Source: Promethearchaeota archaeon
GTDB lineage: Archaea > Asgardarchaeota > Lokiarchaeia > Sigyniarchaeales > SOKP01
Direction: 5' to 3'
Assembly (NCBI GenBank): GCA_019894715.1
Contig: JAGXOA010000259.1
Location: forward strand, 225 to 64,224
DNA length: 64,000 nucleotides
The position numbers and the translations under genes were made by a program. This document shows, one piece after another, positions 39,131-48,659 of the stretch. The notes beneath the pieces were generated by a model. That model saw nothing but the letters and a program-made list of their open reading frames with translations. It made no database searches and was not told where the DNA came from. Position 1 is the first letter of the stretch, and every line of letters begins with the position of its first letter.

Positions 39131-40282
39131 TTTTTAGCTAGATTTAACTAAATCAATTTAATATCGTTATTATATAAAGATTTCTTTTTCTTCTGGTGTA
39201 GTTTTTAATATTTTTATAAGAAAAACTTGGAATCAATCTTAATTTTTATAATATTTTAAATTTTTGATAACTTATTAAATCCTAAATAATTTATTGGTTA
39301 AATGTATTTTCCAAGAAGATGCATAAGAGAATTATTATAATTAAGACATTTTAGAAAAACCTAATAATTATGTTGCCCAAAAATCTTCAATTTGTCGTAA
39401 AGATCTATTATTATTTTTTTAAGAGAAATTTTTTCAATCCTTTTCTTAGTTTTGTTATTGTAAAAATAGATTATATTTTATTAATCTATGAATTTCATTG
39501 GAAAAATTGACAATATTTGTGTACAAAATTTCATATTTTCTTTCAAAATCACATTGGAAATTTCTTTAGTTCATGATACGATAAGAGTGATATGGCTTAG
39601 ATAAATAGCTTAATCTTGAGAATATTCATATTAGAGGTATAATATTCAATAGATAATCCTAATTCTATTTGTTTGCCCTTTAATAATAGATTAAATTTAT
39701 CTCTATTCTTATTGAATTTTTAATAAAATCCACAATTCTTTTAAAAATCTAAAACGAGATCAAAATTCAAACTACATTTCGGATAAATTACTAAAAAATA
39801 ATTGTTGCACATCAAGTATAATTTAAGAAAAATTTTAGATTTTAATTAAAATTATGAGCTTTTTTCATGTAAATGATTATTTATTAGAAGTTATATAGAG
39901 ATCAAATAAAAATGCTTACAATACTATATCATAACAAAAGATTTAATTATAAAACCGTGTCAAGCGTTCAGAGTTTTGACGAAAGGTTTATTAGTATGAA
40001 AAAACATATTATAAATCAGAAAAAGAAAATTTTTTCATTGTAGTGGAATGTTTGTTTTTTGCCAGTCTATAGTTTATTCCTCCACTAAAATATAATTATA
40101 TACTATTATAAATCCCAAACATTCCATTACTTTTTTATTTTCTATTTATTTACTTTATGAAATTTAGAATATTTTCAATTAGGTCTATTTTTTATAAATA
40201 ACAATTTAATATAACATTCTTTATTTCTTGATACAATCAAAATATTTTTGAAATATCTATTTCTAGGATTGTAAACTTTCAA

Positions 40283-41530
40283 ATGAAACAAAAACTTTCT
40301 GGATTATTTAAGTCAAAATATCCTAAATTGCAACCTCTTTGGTTTGGTTTATTTACTGATATATTAGGATTTTATATTATTATTCCTCTCTTACCCTCTA
40401 TTAAAGAAACCTTTAATACAGATGATATTATGATGGGATTATTAGTATCCATTAACGCAATAATCAGTTTATTTTCTGCGCCAATTTGGGGTAAATTAAG
40501 TGATAAATTTGGTAGAAAATATACTTTATTTACTGCAGAATCTGGAACTTGTTTAGCTTTTTTTATATTAGCATTTTCTAATTCATTGGAGTTATTATTC
40601 ATATCAAGGATTATAGATGGAATGTTTGGTGGTAATTTTCCAATAACAAAAGCAATTATTTCAGATAGAGTCCCCCCAAAAGATAGAGGGACACAAATGA
40701 CTAATTTTGGAGTTGTTCATACTTTATCTGGATTAATTGGACCTGGATTGGGAGGTATTTTAGCATTTATTCCAATTTTTGGACCAAATTATCCAGTTGC
40801 TCTTCCAGGATTATGTGCTGCATTCCTTTCTTTGTTTACAATGGTTATAACTTTATTTTATTTAGAAGAATCATGGTCAAAGACTACTCGTTTAAAAATA
40901 GAGGAAGAAATTAAATTTAAAAAACATCGGAAAAAAAAGAATAAAAATGATATATTGTATGTATTAACTCAATATGCTTTTCATACAATTTCTTTTATGT
41001 TATATGTTGGACCACTTGCTCTCTTTGCAGGAACAATAATTGGATTAGATCAAATAGGCGTAATTATAATTCTAGAAATATCGGGTCTTTCTCGTGCAAT
41101 AGTTAGGTTCTCATTATTTAAGCCAACAATGAAGAAATTAGGTGAAAAGAAAATGACAAAATTAGGTTTATTTTTTTTGGTATTGAGTTTCATTTTTGTT
41201 GGTATTTTTGGTTTATTTTATCCTAAAGCTTGGATATTTATAATATTAATGGTTATAATTAGTTATGGTGTTTCTTGTTCGCGAGGTCTTTTAATTAGTA
41301 AAGCTACAAAAACAGTATCTCCAGATAAGATGGGAATAATTAATGGTGGAACTACTACATTAGATAGCATAGCCCAAACATTAGGTCCAACATTAGGTAC
41401 ATTTTTATATCTTATTAATCCCCTATATTATGGATTTACCATGGCAATCTTTGCATCAGGAGCATTGATAATGGATTTTAAGAATATAGTACCTTTAATG
41501 GAAAAAAAGAATGATACGAATAAAAATTAA
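40283..41530 (+). CDS. MFS transporter
   Basis: Motif A-like GKLSDKFGRK after TM2. 12 predicted helices with a central basic loop. Confidence 0.8.
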   Translation: MKQKLSGLFKSKYPKLQPLWFGLFTDILGFYIIIPLLPSIKETFNTDDIMMGLLVSINAIISLFSAPIWGKLSDKFGRKYTLFTAESGTCLAFFILAFSNSLELLFISRIIDGMFGGNFPITKAIISDRVPPKDRGTQMTNFGVVHTLSGLIGPGLGGILAFIPIFGPNYPVALPGLCAAFLSLFTMVITLFYLEESWSKTTRLKIEEEIKFKKHRKKKNKNDILYVLTQYAFHTISFMLYVGPLALFAGTIIGLDQIGVIIILEISGLSRAIVRFSLFKPTMKKLGEKKMTKLGLFFLVLSFIFVGIFGLFYPKAWIFIILMVIISYGVSCSRGLLISKATKTVSPDKMGIINGGTTTLDSIAQTLGPTLGTFLYLINPLYYGFTMAIFASGALIMDFKNIVPLMEKKNDTNKN

Positions 41531-41546
41531 AGTGCAAAAACTTTAT

Positions 41547-42503
41547 TTAAATTTCGAGAAGAAAAGTCTCTAATTTTGCTTGAAATTTACTTAGTATTAT
41601 AACACTGAAAATAATTATTCCCAACGCAATAAAAAATATATAATAATTTTGGAGTGTTTGTTGAAATATAGCAAATCCTACAAAAATCGGAATAATAACA
41701 GATAAACTATTTATAATTAAATAAATGACAGAAGCTTTACCCCTTTGAAATCCACTTTGATAAAATAATATACCTAGCATAAAGAAAATAACTAACCCCC
41801 AAAAAGAGCAAAATAGCCAAATATGAGGGGTATCAAACCAAAATATCCCAAACACTATTTCACTCCATCCGAATAACGATATAAGATTTATGTTTGCTTC
41901 ATTTAAAGCTTGTGTAAATATATTTGTAAAACTAGCACCAATAGAACTTAGGATGACTCCTATAATTGTCAATAAAATTCCTTCTAAAGCAGATTCTTTT
42001 TTAATCTTAGAAAGGAAAAAGAATATAAAAGAGAGAAAAATGCTTAATATTAAAAACATCAAAAAAGGTATTAAAAATTCATCTAAGTCAAAATCAATAT
42101 TTGTAATTTTGGAAAAAGCTATTAGAATAGGGGCAATTGATAATAATATTGCAGTGAAGACCTCTAATTTAGAGACTTTTTCATTCAGTAGCTTAACGGA
42201 AGATATTAAAAATATTATTAATCCTAAACTCGTGACTGGTTGAACAATTATAATACCAACGTATGAAACAGCTATAATAAACGGAAACCATCCAATAATC
42301 CCTAATAAAAATCCTGTAATCCAGACTTTATTTTTAAAAAATTCATAAAAAGATTTAATAATATTCTTTAGTGTATCATCAAAATTTATTTTTGGTAGTC
42401 CTTGTAGCAATCCTTTTTTTTGGAATACAAAACCAAGTGAAAAGCAGAAAGTTGCTAATAATGCCAATAATATTCCAATACTGATATTTAGATATTCTTC
42501 CAT
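41547..42503 (-). CDS. DMT-superfamily (EamA/NIPA-like) membrane transporter
   Basis: About 9-10 helices in two similar halves. The family assignment is tentative. Confidence 0.5.
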   Translation of the reverse strand: MEEYLNISIGILLALLATFCFSLGFVFQKKGLLQGLPKINFDDTLKNIIKSFYEFFKNKVWITGFLLGIIGWFPFIIAVSYVGIIIVQPVTSLGLIIFLISSVKLLNEKVSKLEVFTAILLSIAPILIAFSKITNIDFDLDEFLIPFLMFLILSIFLSFIFFFLSKIKKESALEGILLTIIGVILSSIGASFTNIFTQALNEANINLISLFGWSEIVFGIFWFDTPHIWLFCSFWGLVIFFMLGILFYQSGFQRGKASVIYLIINSLSVIIPIFVGFAIFQQTLQNYYIFFIALGIIIFSVIILSKFQAKLETFLLEI

Positions 42504-42561
42504 AGAAAATAATCATTTAATTTAGGTAATATTAAATAATAATTTATTTGTAATAATAATT

Positions 42562-43359
42562 ATGGATACTCTAAAACAAAATAAAGCATTAATAAATAAA
42601 GATAATCAACCAAATAAAAGAGTCGAACTTCCTATGCATGAATTCTTTTTTATTAATTTTATTTCATATATAATTCCATTATATTTCTGTGTTGGATTAG
42701 TTATATTATTAGAGTATTTTCTTCTGTTTATAGTATCAATAGATTTTTCGTTACATCTTATTATATTACCCCCTATACTCCTTTCAATTTATTATCTTTT
42801 TATCATATTCTTTATAGAATTAGCTGCTTTTTGGGTCAGAAGATGGAATAGAAAAAATCAACCAAAAGTAGGAATTTTTAAACGTGTCTTAGATAATAAA
42901 GAATCAGAAGAAGGGCGTTTAATACAATATTATCATCGGAGAGGTTTTATTTTAAGATCATGTATATGGTTGAGTTCAAAATCACCTTTTCCTTGGTTAG
43001 TAAACAGAGCACTAAGAAAAGTAGGACATAACAAGATAGGAAAAAATGTAATCTATTGTAACAGTTATGTAGGATTAGAGTTTACTGAGTTAGGAGATAA
43101 CACTTTTTTTTATCCAACATCACTCGTATCAAGCCATAGTGTTGAATCTATTTTTGGTAAGTTAAGCCTACATGAAGTTAAGATCGGAAAAAATACAATT
43201 ATTTATCCAGGAATCACTATAGGTCCAGGTGCTCAAACTAAAGAAAATGATGTAATCTATCCAAATTCATTATTACATAAAAATTGGCGAGGGATAGAAG
43301 ATAAAGCTTATTATCAAGGAGTTCCTGCAAAACCATTAAATTGTGAAAAAGAGAAATAA
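42562..43359 (+). CDS. membrane-anchored left-handed beta-helix (hexapeptide-repeat) protein
   Basis: Two N-terminal TM helices, then imperfect hexapeptide repeats (IGKNVIYCNSYVG, VKIGKNTIIYPGITIGPGAQ). Confidence 0.5.
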   Translation: MDTLKQNKALINKDNQPNKRVELPMHEFFFINFISYIIPLYFCVGLVILLEYFLLFIVSIDFSLHLIILPPILLSIYYLFIIFFIELAAFWVRRWNRKNQPKVGIFKRVLDNKESEEGRLIQYYHRRGFILRSCIWLSSKSPFPWLVNRALRKVGHNKIGKNVIYCNSYVGLEFTELGDNTFFYPTSLVSSHSVESIFGKLSLHEVKIGKNTIIYPGITIGPGAQTKENDVIYPNSLLHKNWRGIEDKAYYQGVPAKPLNCEKEK

Positions 43360-43387
43360 TTATGTATTGTATAATAAGAATTTTACA

Positions 43388-43597
43388 TTGAACTACCACT
43401 ATCTAAAGGAAGTGGATTCATAGTCCCTAAACCTCAACAAGAATCTTAGACACTACAGGATAGTTCTCTACCCTAATATCATTAATATTTTCCTCTATTT
43501 AAGAATAGAGTGTGATATCAATTAGTGATTTATGCAATATTTTTTTTTAACAAAATTCATCCCATCCCTAAAGGAATGGGCTTTCTTTTATTATATG
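43388..43597 (-). mobile_element. 210-bp MITE derived from an IS200/IS605 (TnpB-type) element: LE + RE/omega-RNA 3' part
   Basis: RE hairpin 43396..43415 and terminus TTCAA (43388). 43410..43480 is homologous to the region after the tnpB pseudogene (37340..37400). LE hairpin 43561..43580. Flanked by TTAC (43598..43601, minus strand). Confidence 0.8.
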
Positions 43598-43986
43598 GTA
43601 AATTGAACTTTTTTTATTAAATCATTCATTATCTCTAAATTTATATATATTTATAAATCTAAATAATATATTAATATACTTATAGAATCAATAAGATTCA
43701 TCATAAATAAATCTGAGATTTTTAAGATTTTTTATCTATTGGAATTCTAGTCGAGAATATCATATTTTTTTTTTAAAAAATTTTGTTATTGGAGATATAA
43801 AAAAAAAAGGATTTTTATATTGTGTCATTTTGCTGATTTGATAAAAATTCTTTAATAAAATTCAAAATGAAAAAGTTTTTATTCAGTAATGGGACAACAA
43901 ACCCATTTTAGATAAGTTTAAATTTGCGAATTTACTTTAACATAAAGATAATATAAAAAAACGAGAATATATCGAGGAAGGCTAAA

Positions 43987-44238
43987 ATGAGGTTCTGTCC
44001 GAATTGTGATAATATTCTGATCCCAAAAGATAAGAAACTCTTTTGTAAAGCATGCGAAGAAAATTTTGAACTTGGAAAAGGTCAAAATGATTATAAAATC
44101 ATTAAAATCATAAAGCATGAAGATAACGAAGCCGCTCCTATCATCATAAAAGAAAATTCTAGAAATGATAAGATTTCTATTGAAGATAGAAAAGCTTATG
44201 AAGAGTTTTTTACTGGTGGTGAAGAATCAGGTTATTAA
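43987..44238 (+). CDS. TFS/RpoM (Rpb9)-type N-terminal zinc-ribbon protein lacking the C-terminal ribbon
   Basis: MRFCPNCDNILIPKDKKLFCKACEENFE matches the N-ribbon of archaeal TFS/RNAP subunit M. The remainder is an acidic tail. GGAAGG lies upstream. Confidence 0.45.
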   Translation: MRFCPNCDNILIPKDKKLFCKACEENFELGKGQNDYKIIKIIKHEDNEAAPIIIKENSRNDKISIEDRKAYEEFFTGGEESGY

Positions 44239-44356
44239 AAAAAAGGATTAAGGTATAAAAAATTTTATAATAAATTTTAGCTAATTCTATTTTGAAACTT
44301 TTAAAATTAATAAAAATTTACTTAATTTATAAAACTAAAGAGTGAATGTGATATTT

Positions 44357-44776
44357 ATGGCAAATATTTATATTGATTACAATATTTCAAACCAAAAATC
44401 AATCTATCAACCAGGAGATATTATCTCTGGTACTTTCTCACTTAAAAATAGAGGAAATCAAGATGAGAAATTAAAAAAAGTCATAATTAAGTATGTAGAA
44501 TATTTTTATTCTCGTGAGCGAGTTATTATAAAACGCGTCTGGAATCCAATAATAAAAACACTTAAAGAAACTGTTGTTGATAAAGGAAGAATTATAAAAG
44601 CTAACGAAAAATTAGAGTATAGATTTAAATTTAAATTACCTATATCATGGAAAAATAGAAAATCTCCAAAAATAAAAGATTGGAAGATTTCATTATGTTT
44701 TTTTGAAAAAACTGGTTTGATCTCAACAACAGGGATTGATGGAAATGGAGTATATGAAGTACCTATAAGTCAATGA
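44357..44776 (+). CDS. arrestin-N/Spo0M-like beta-sandwich protein
   Basis: YQPGDIISGTFSLKNRG...KKVIIKYVEYFY...LEYRFKFKLPISW follows the arrestin-N pattern (PGE-x-V-x-G ... F-x-F-x-LP). ATG 44357 is preferred to the track start GTG 44342. Confidence 0.4.
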   Translation: MANIYIDYNISNQKSIYQPGDIISGTFSLKNRGNQDEKLKKVIIKYVEYFYSRERVIIKRVWNPIIKTLKETVVDKGRIIKANEKLEYRFKFKLPISWKNRKSPKIKDWKISLCFFEKTGLISTTGIDGNGVYEVPISQ

Positions 44777-44785
44777 ATATGATAA

Positions 44786-45217
44786 TTATTCAATATTATT
44801 GATTTCAAAAATACTGATAAGTGAACTCATTTTATTTTCTAAATCTTTTATCTCCGTATTTTTTAATGATTGCAGAACAATATTTTTATCTGATTCAGAA
44901 ATAGAAACAAAATTATCAAGAAACTTTTTTAAGAAAAATACTTTTTTAGCAGGATTTTTATCTATAATTAAAATTGTGTCTCCGATATATTGCTTTATAA
45001 TTTGGGCCTTTTCACTTTTTGAATCTGAGTATACTTTTTTCTCAGTAATTCCTAGGGTCTTGAAAATAGGATGGTTGGTAATAATATCTTTTAAAATATT
45101 TTCCATCATTGCTTCTCTAGATAAGAAAGGTAATTTGGAGAGAAAATCAATTAATTCAGCATTTTTTTCTTCAATATCTTCAATTTTTGATAAGATTTTA
45201 CTCCATTTATCTTCCAT
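44786..45217 (-). CDS. hypothetical protein
   Basis: Plausible composition. The overlapping plus-strand ORF 44799..45221 looks like an antisense artefact. Confidence 0.45.
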   Translation of the reverse strand: MEDKWSKILSKIEDIEEKNAELIDFLSKLPFLSREAMMENILKDIITNHPIFKTLGITEKKVYSDSKSEKAQIIKQYIGDTILIIDKNPAKKVFFLKKFLDNFVSISESDKNIVLQSLKNTEIKDLENKMSSLISIFEINNIE

Positions 45218-45276
45218 ATAATTAACTTCTCTTCTAAATTTTTAAATTTATCTGAATTATTAGTATTTGTATTAGA

Positions 45277-46008
45277 ATGATTGATAAAAAAAAGCTAAAT
45301 GATTTTCAAAATCATATAAATTATAAATTTAGAGATGAAAACACCTTAATCCAAGCATTAACCACTCCTCAATTTGCTAATGAAAATAATATTTTAGACT
45401 ATGATATTCTAGAAATCATTGGAGATGCTGTTATTAAATTGATATTCATTCTTAAGAGATATCAAGAAGGGATAAAATCACCAGGAATAATTACTAAATT
45501 AAAACAACAATTAGAGAATGATGATACGCTTAATAAAATCGCAATTAAATATTTCAGATTGCATGAATATATTTTAAAATCTGAAAATCAAGAAATTGAA
45601 GGGACAAAAATATTGGCAGATGTTTTTGAAGCAATATGTGGGGCAATATTTCTTGATTCAGATAGAAAATTAGAATTTGTTGAGAAGAATATCATAAATA
45701 AATTTTATAATGATTGGAGTATACTGACTAATGAATCATCTATCTTTCATAAAAATATGTTATTAGAGTATCTCCAATCTCAATTAAGATTTACTCCAAT
45801 AATTAATGTGAAATTTGTTTCTTCAGGACTAATAAATAAACCAATTTGGATAGCAAAGACTCCTTCCATATTCACACCTGAACATAAAAAACTTAAAATT
45901 TTAAATAAATATATAAAAAATCTTAAATCAAAAGAATCTAAAACTAAAAAAGAAGCAGAACAAGATCTTTTTGCTAAAATTCTCAAGATTTTAAAAAAAA
46001 ATTTATAA
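45277..46008 (+). CDS. rnc: ribonuclease III (bacterial-type, with C-terminal dsRBD-like region)
   Basis: Signature YDILEIIGDAVIKL (ERLEFLGD-type) and LADVFEAICGAIFLD. C-terminal KESKTKKEAEQDLFAKILKIL resembles the dsRBD alpha2. Confidence 0.8.
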   Translation: MIDKKKLNDFQNHINYKFRDENTLIQALTTPQFANENNILDYDILEIIGDAVIKLIFILKRYQEGIKSPGIITKLKQQLENDDTLNKIAIKYFRLHEYILKSENQEIEGTKILADVFEAICGAIFLDSDRKLEFVEKNIINKFYNDWSILTNESSIFHKNMLLEYLQSQLRFTPIINVKFVSSGLINKPIWIAKTPSIFTPEHKKLKILNKYIKNLKSKESKTKKEAEQDLFAKILKILKKNL

Positions 46009-46022
46009 AATAGTATATTTTT

Positions 46023-46388
46023 ATGATTATAATGAAAACCAAAAAAGATGCTTTGATAAAATACTATCGATGCAATTTTTGTAATGCTACCCATGAAATA
46101 ACAATAAAGAAAAGTATTTTAGATGGTCAAAGTAAATATCCTTTTCCTTATGTTTTTTTGCATGATTCTATGACAAATGGTGATTTACAAGAATTATTAA
46201 CAATATTATATATAGACAGTAATGGAAAAATAAGAGGAACGGAAATACAAAAGTTAGGAGATAATAATTTATTCTCTAAAGAACAAGTATTCAATATCGT
46301 AAAGCCTCTTGTAGAAGAAATTGAGAGATTACAAGAGGATCATTCAAAATTAACAAAACAAATTGAAGATTTAAAGACAAAATCTTAA
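46023..46388 (+). CDS. hypothetical protein with C-terminal coiled coil
   Basis: Track ORF with no family recognised. 4-nt overlap with the convergent 46385..46969. Confidence 0.4.
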   Translation: MIIMKTKKDALIKYYRCNFCNATHEITIKKSILDGQSKYPFPYVFLHDSMTNGDLQELLTILYIDSNGKIRGTEIQKLGDNNLFSKEQVFNIVKPLVEEIERLQEDHSKLTKQIEDLKTKS

Positions 46389-46969
46389 TTTTCTTTTAAA
46401 AAATTTATTAATTTTTTTATTGCAATTCCTCTATGTGATATTTTGTTCTTCTCATTCATTTTAAGTTCTGCAAATGTCTTTTCAGGATATTTATTAGGTA
46501 AAAATATTGGATCATACCCAAATCCGTTAGATCCCTTTATTATTGGAGATAATTTGCCTTCAATTATACCCTCAAATAAAAATTCTTTATCCAATGGTTC
46601 ATAATATAGAGCTATGATAGAAGAAAAATGAGCATGTGTAGAATCAAAATTGCTTATTAAGTCTAGAATTCCTTTATTTCCTAATGTTTTAAATATATAT
46701 GAGGAATATATACCAGGAAACCCATTTAAAGGATAATCTACAAAAAATCCCGCATCTTCAATAAAATAGGAACTATTTAAATCCTTTTTAATAGATTTTA
46801 ACTTAAATAAAGCAACATCTTTAGGATTATCGGATTGTATTTCAATTGGATTAATATCAAGTTGTTCTAGTTTATATCCAAGATTTTCACTCTCTATAAC
46901 TTTATATATTTCATTGAATTTATGAGTATTTCCAGTGATAAAATATAGTTTCTTTTTTTTATTTTCCAT
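46385..46969 (-). CDS. non-canonical purine NTP pyrophosphatase (HAM1/RdgB/ITPase)
   Basis: ITGNTHKFNE, GFGYDPIF and SHRGIA motifs. Confidence 0.85.
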   Translation of the reverse strand: MENKKKKLYFITGNTHKFNEIYKVIESENLGYKLEQLDINPIEIQSDNPKDVALFKLKSIKKDLNSSYFIEDAGFFVDYPLNGFPGIYSSYIFKTLGNKGILDLISNFDSTHAHFSSIIALYYEPLDKEFLFEGIIEGKLSPIIKGSNGFGYDPIFLPNKYPEKTFAELKMNEKNKISHRGIAIKKLINFLKEN

Positions 46970-47137
46970 TATTAAATTTTTAACTTCTTTTCTTCCTAAT
47001 AATTTTCCATAGGCTTATTTTTCTTTGTGAAAAATCCAAAAATTTTATTTGTTTTAATATACTATCTCTCTAAAATGAATTTAGATTCTAAGAATTTTTA
47101 ATATAACACATAATTTTTAACTTTCAAGTGAATAAAT

Positions 47138-47596
47138 ATGGCACGATTACATAGTCGTAAAAAAGGTAAGTCTGGAAGTACTCGACCGGCAAGATTAGAA
47201 AAACCAATATGGATAGAACGCTCAGCAGAAGAAGTTGAAGCTGAGGTTGTAAAGAATGCTAAAAAAGGTTTTACTAAATCAATTATTGGAATTAAATTAA
47301 GGGATGCTTTTGGAGTACCTTTAACAAAAATAATTACAGGTAAGAAAATTAGCCAAATTTTAGAAGAAAATGGTATTACAGATCCATTACCAGAAGACCT
47401 AAAAGATCTTATTAAAAGATCACTTAGAATTAGAAATCATCTAGAAAAGAATTTTAAAGATCTTGAAAGTAAAAAAGGACTTCAACGTACTGAATCTAAA
47501 ATTTATCGTTTAATTAAATATTACAAGAAGAAAAAAGTCTTGGCTCAAGATTTCAAATATGATCCTAATAAGATAAGAACATTAGTAGCAAAATAA
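47138..47596 (+). CDS. rps15: 30S ribosomal protein S15 (uS15, archaeal S15P/S13e)
   Basis: MARLHSRKKGKSGSTRP N-terminus and C-terminal HLEKNFKDLESKKGLQRTESKIYRLIKYY. Confidence 0.9.
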   Translation: MARLHSRKKGKSGSTRPARLEKPIWIERSAEEVEAEVVKNAKKGFTKSIIGIKLRDAFGVPLTKIITGKKISQILEENGITDPLPEDLKDLIKRSLRIRNHLEKNFKDLESKKGLQRTESKIYRLIKYYKKKKVLAQDFKYDPNKIRTLVAK

Positions 47597-47625
47597 AATT
47601 AAAAAACTATTGGTAGAATTTTACT

Positions 47626-48351
47626 ATGGCTAAAAAAAGAGTAAGACAAAAGAAAGCAACTTTTAAAGAAAAAACTTGGTTTACAATAGAAGCACCTAAA
47701 AGTTTTGACAATAAAAGAATAGGAGATATTATTGGATTAGAAAATAATATTGTTGGAAGAACAATAGAGACACTTTTATTTGATTTTACAGATGATTATA
47801 ATGATATTACCTGCAAATTAAAATTTAAAGTGACTGATTTAGAACAAGGATCTCAAGTATGTAAATCTATTTTAATTGGACATTCATATACAAGTGATTT
47901 TATAAGAAGTCTGGTTGAAAAACCGGCAAGTAAAGTTACTCTAATTGAAAATTTTACAACAAAAGATAAGTATATTTATAGAATAACTACTGTCTGTGTT
48001 ACAATCAAAAGAGCTCGAAGTTCTCAACAAATTGTTATAAGAAGAATAATGAAAGATATGATTGATGAATTTGCTAAAACTCTGAATCATGAAAAATTTG
48101 TTCGTGGTTTGGTTTACGGTGAATTCCAAGATCAAATTGCAAGAATATCGAAAACTATATATCCTCTTTCTAGTTGTACTGTTGTAAAAAGCAAATTAAT
48201 ATCTGTACCTGAAGGTGGAGAAGATAAAGTTGTTCCAGATGATGATTTTAATATAGTAGAACTTGAGTTGGAAAGATCAAGAAAATCTGATATAAAAAGA
48301 TCTGAAAGAATCAATGTAAAGAAATTTGCGTATGAAAAAAAAAAAAAATAA
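47626..48351 (+). CDS. rps3ae: 30S ribosomal protein S3Ae (eS1)
   Basis: KEKTWFTIEAPKSF start and overall eS1 layout. Lys-rich tail. Confidence 0.9.
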   Translation: MAKKRVRQKKATFKEKTWFTIEAPKSFDNKRIGDIIGLENNIVGRTIETLLFDFTDDYNDITCKLKFKVTDLEQGSQVCKSILIGHSYTSDFIRSLVEKPASKVTLIENFTTKDKYIYRITTVCVTIKRARSSQQIVIRRIMKDMIDEFAKTLNHEKFVRGLVYGEFQDQIARISKTIYPLSSCTVVKSKLISVPEGGEDKVVPDDDFNIVELELERSRKSDIKRSERINVKKFAYEKKKK

Positions 48352-48424
48352 AAAACTTTAATTTGACTTTTTTATAAATTTTTTATGAAAATCATCCTTT
48401 TTTTCAAATTTTAATTATTATTTT

Positions 48425-48640
48425 TTAAACTACCATCACCTAAAGGTGTTGGATTCGTAATTCATCGAAACGAACTTAATGGATTACTTGAGTTTTACAG
48501 TTTCTCCAAACGCTTGACATCCCTAGTCCCTATGGTAGTATGATGATGAATTATTGGTTATCTAATTTATCATCAATATTTAATATAGAGTTTTTCCTTT
48601 TTTTAAAAATAGAGTGTGAGATAGATCAGTGATTTTTTTA
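48425..48640 (-). mobile_element. IS200/IS605-derived MITE-like element, variant with a distinct GC-richer core and no LE hairpin
   Basis: RE hairpin 48433..48452 (CCATCACC-TAAA-GGTGTTGG) with terminus TTTAA. 48560..48640 is homologous to 24971..25045 and 43470..43535. The core 48455..48545 is unique. Confidence 0.65.
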
Positions 48641-48659
48641 CTCTATGTAGAATAAATAT

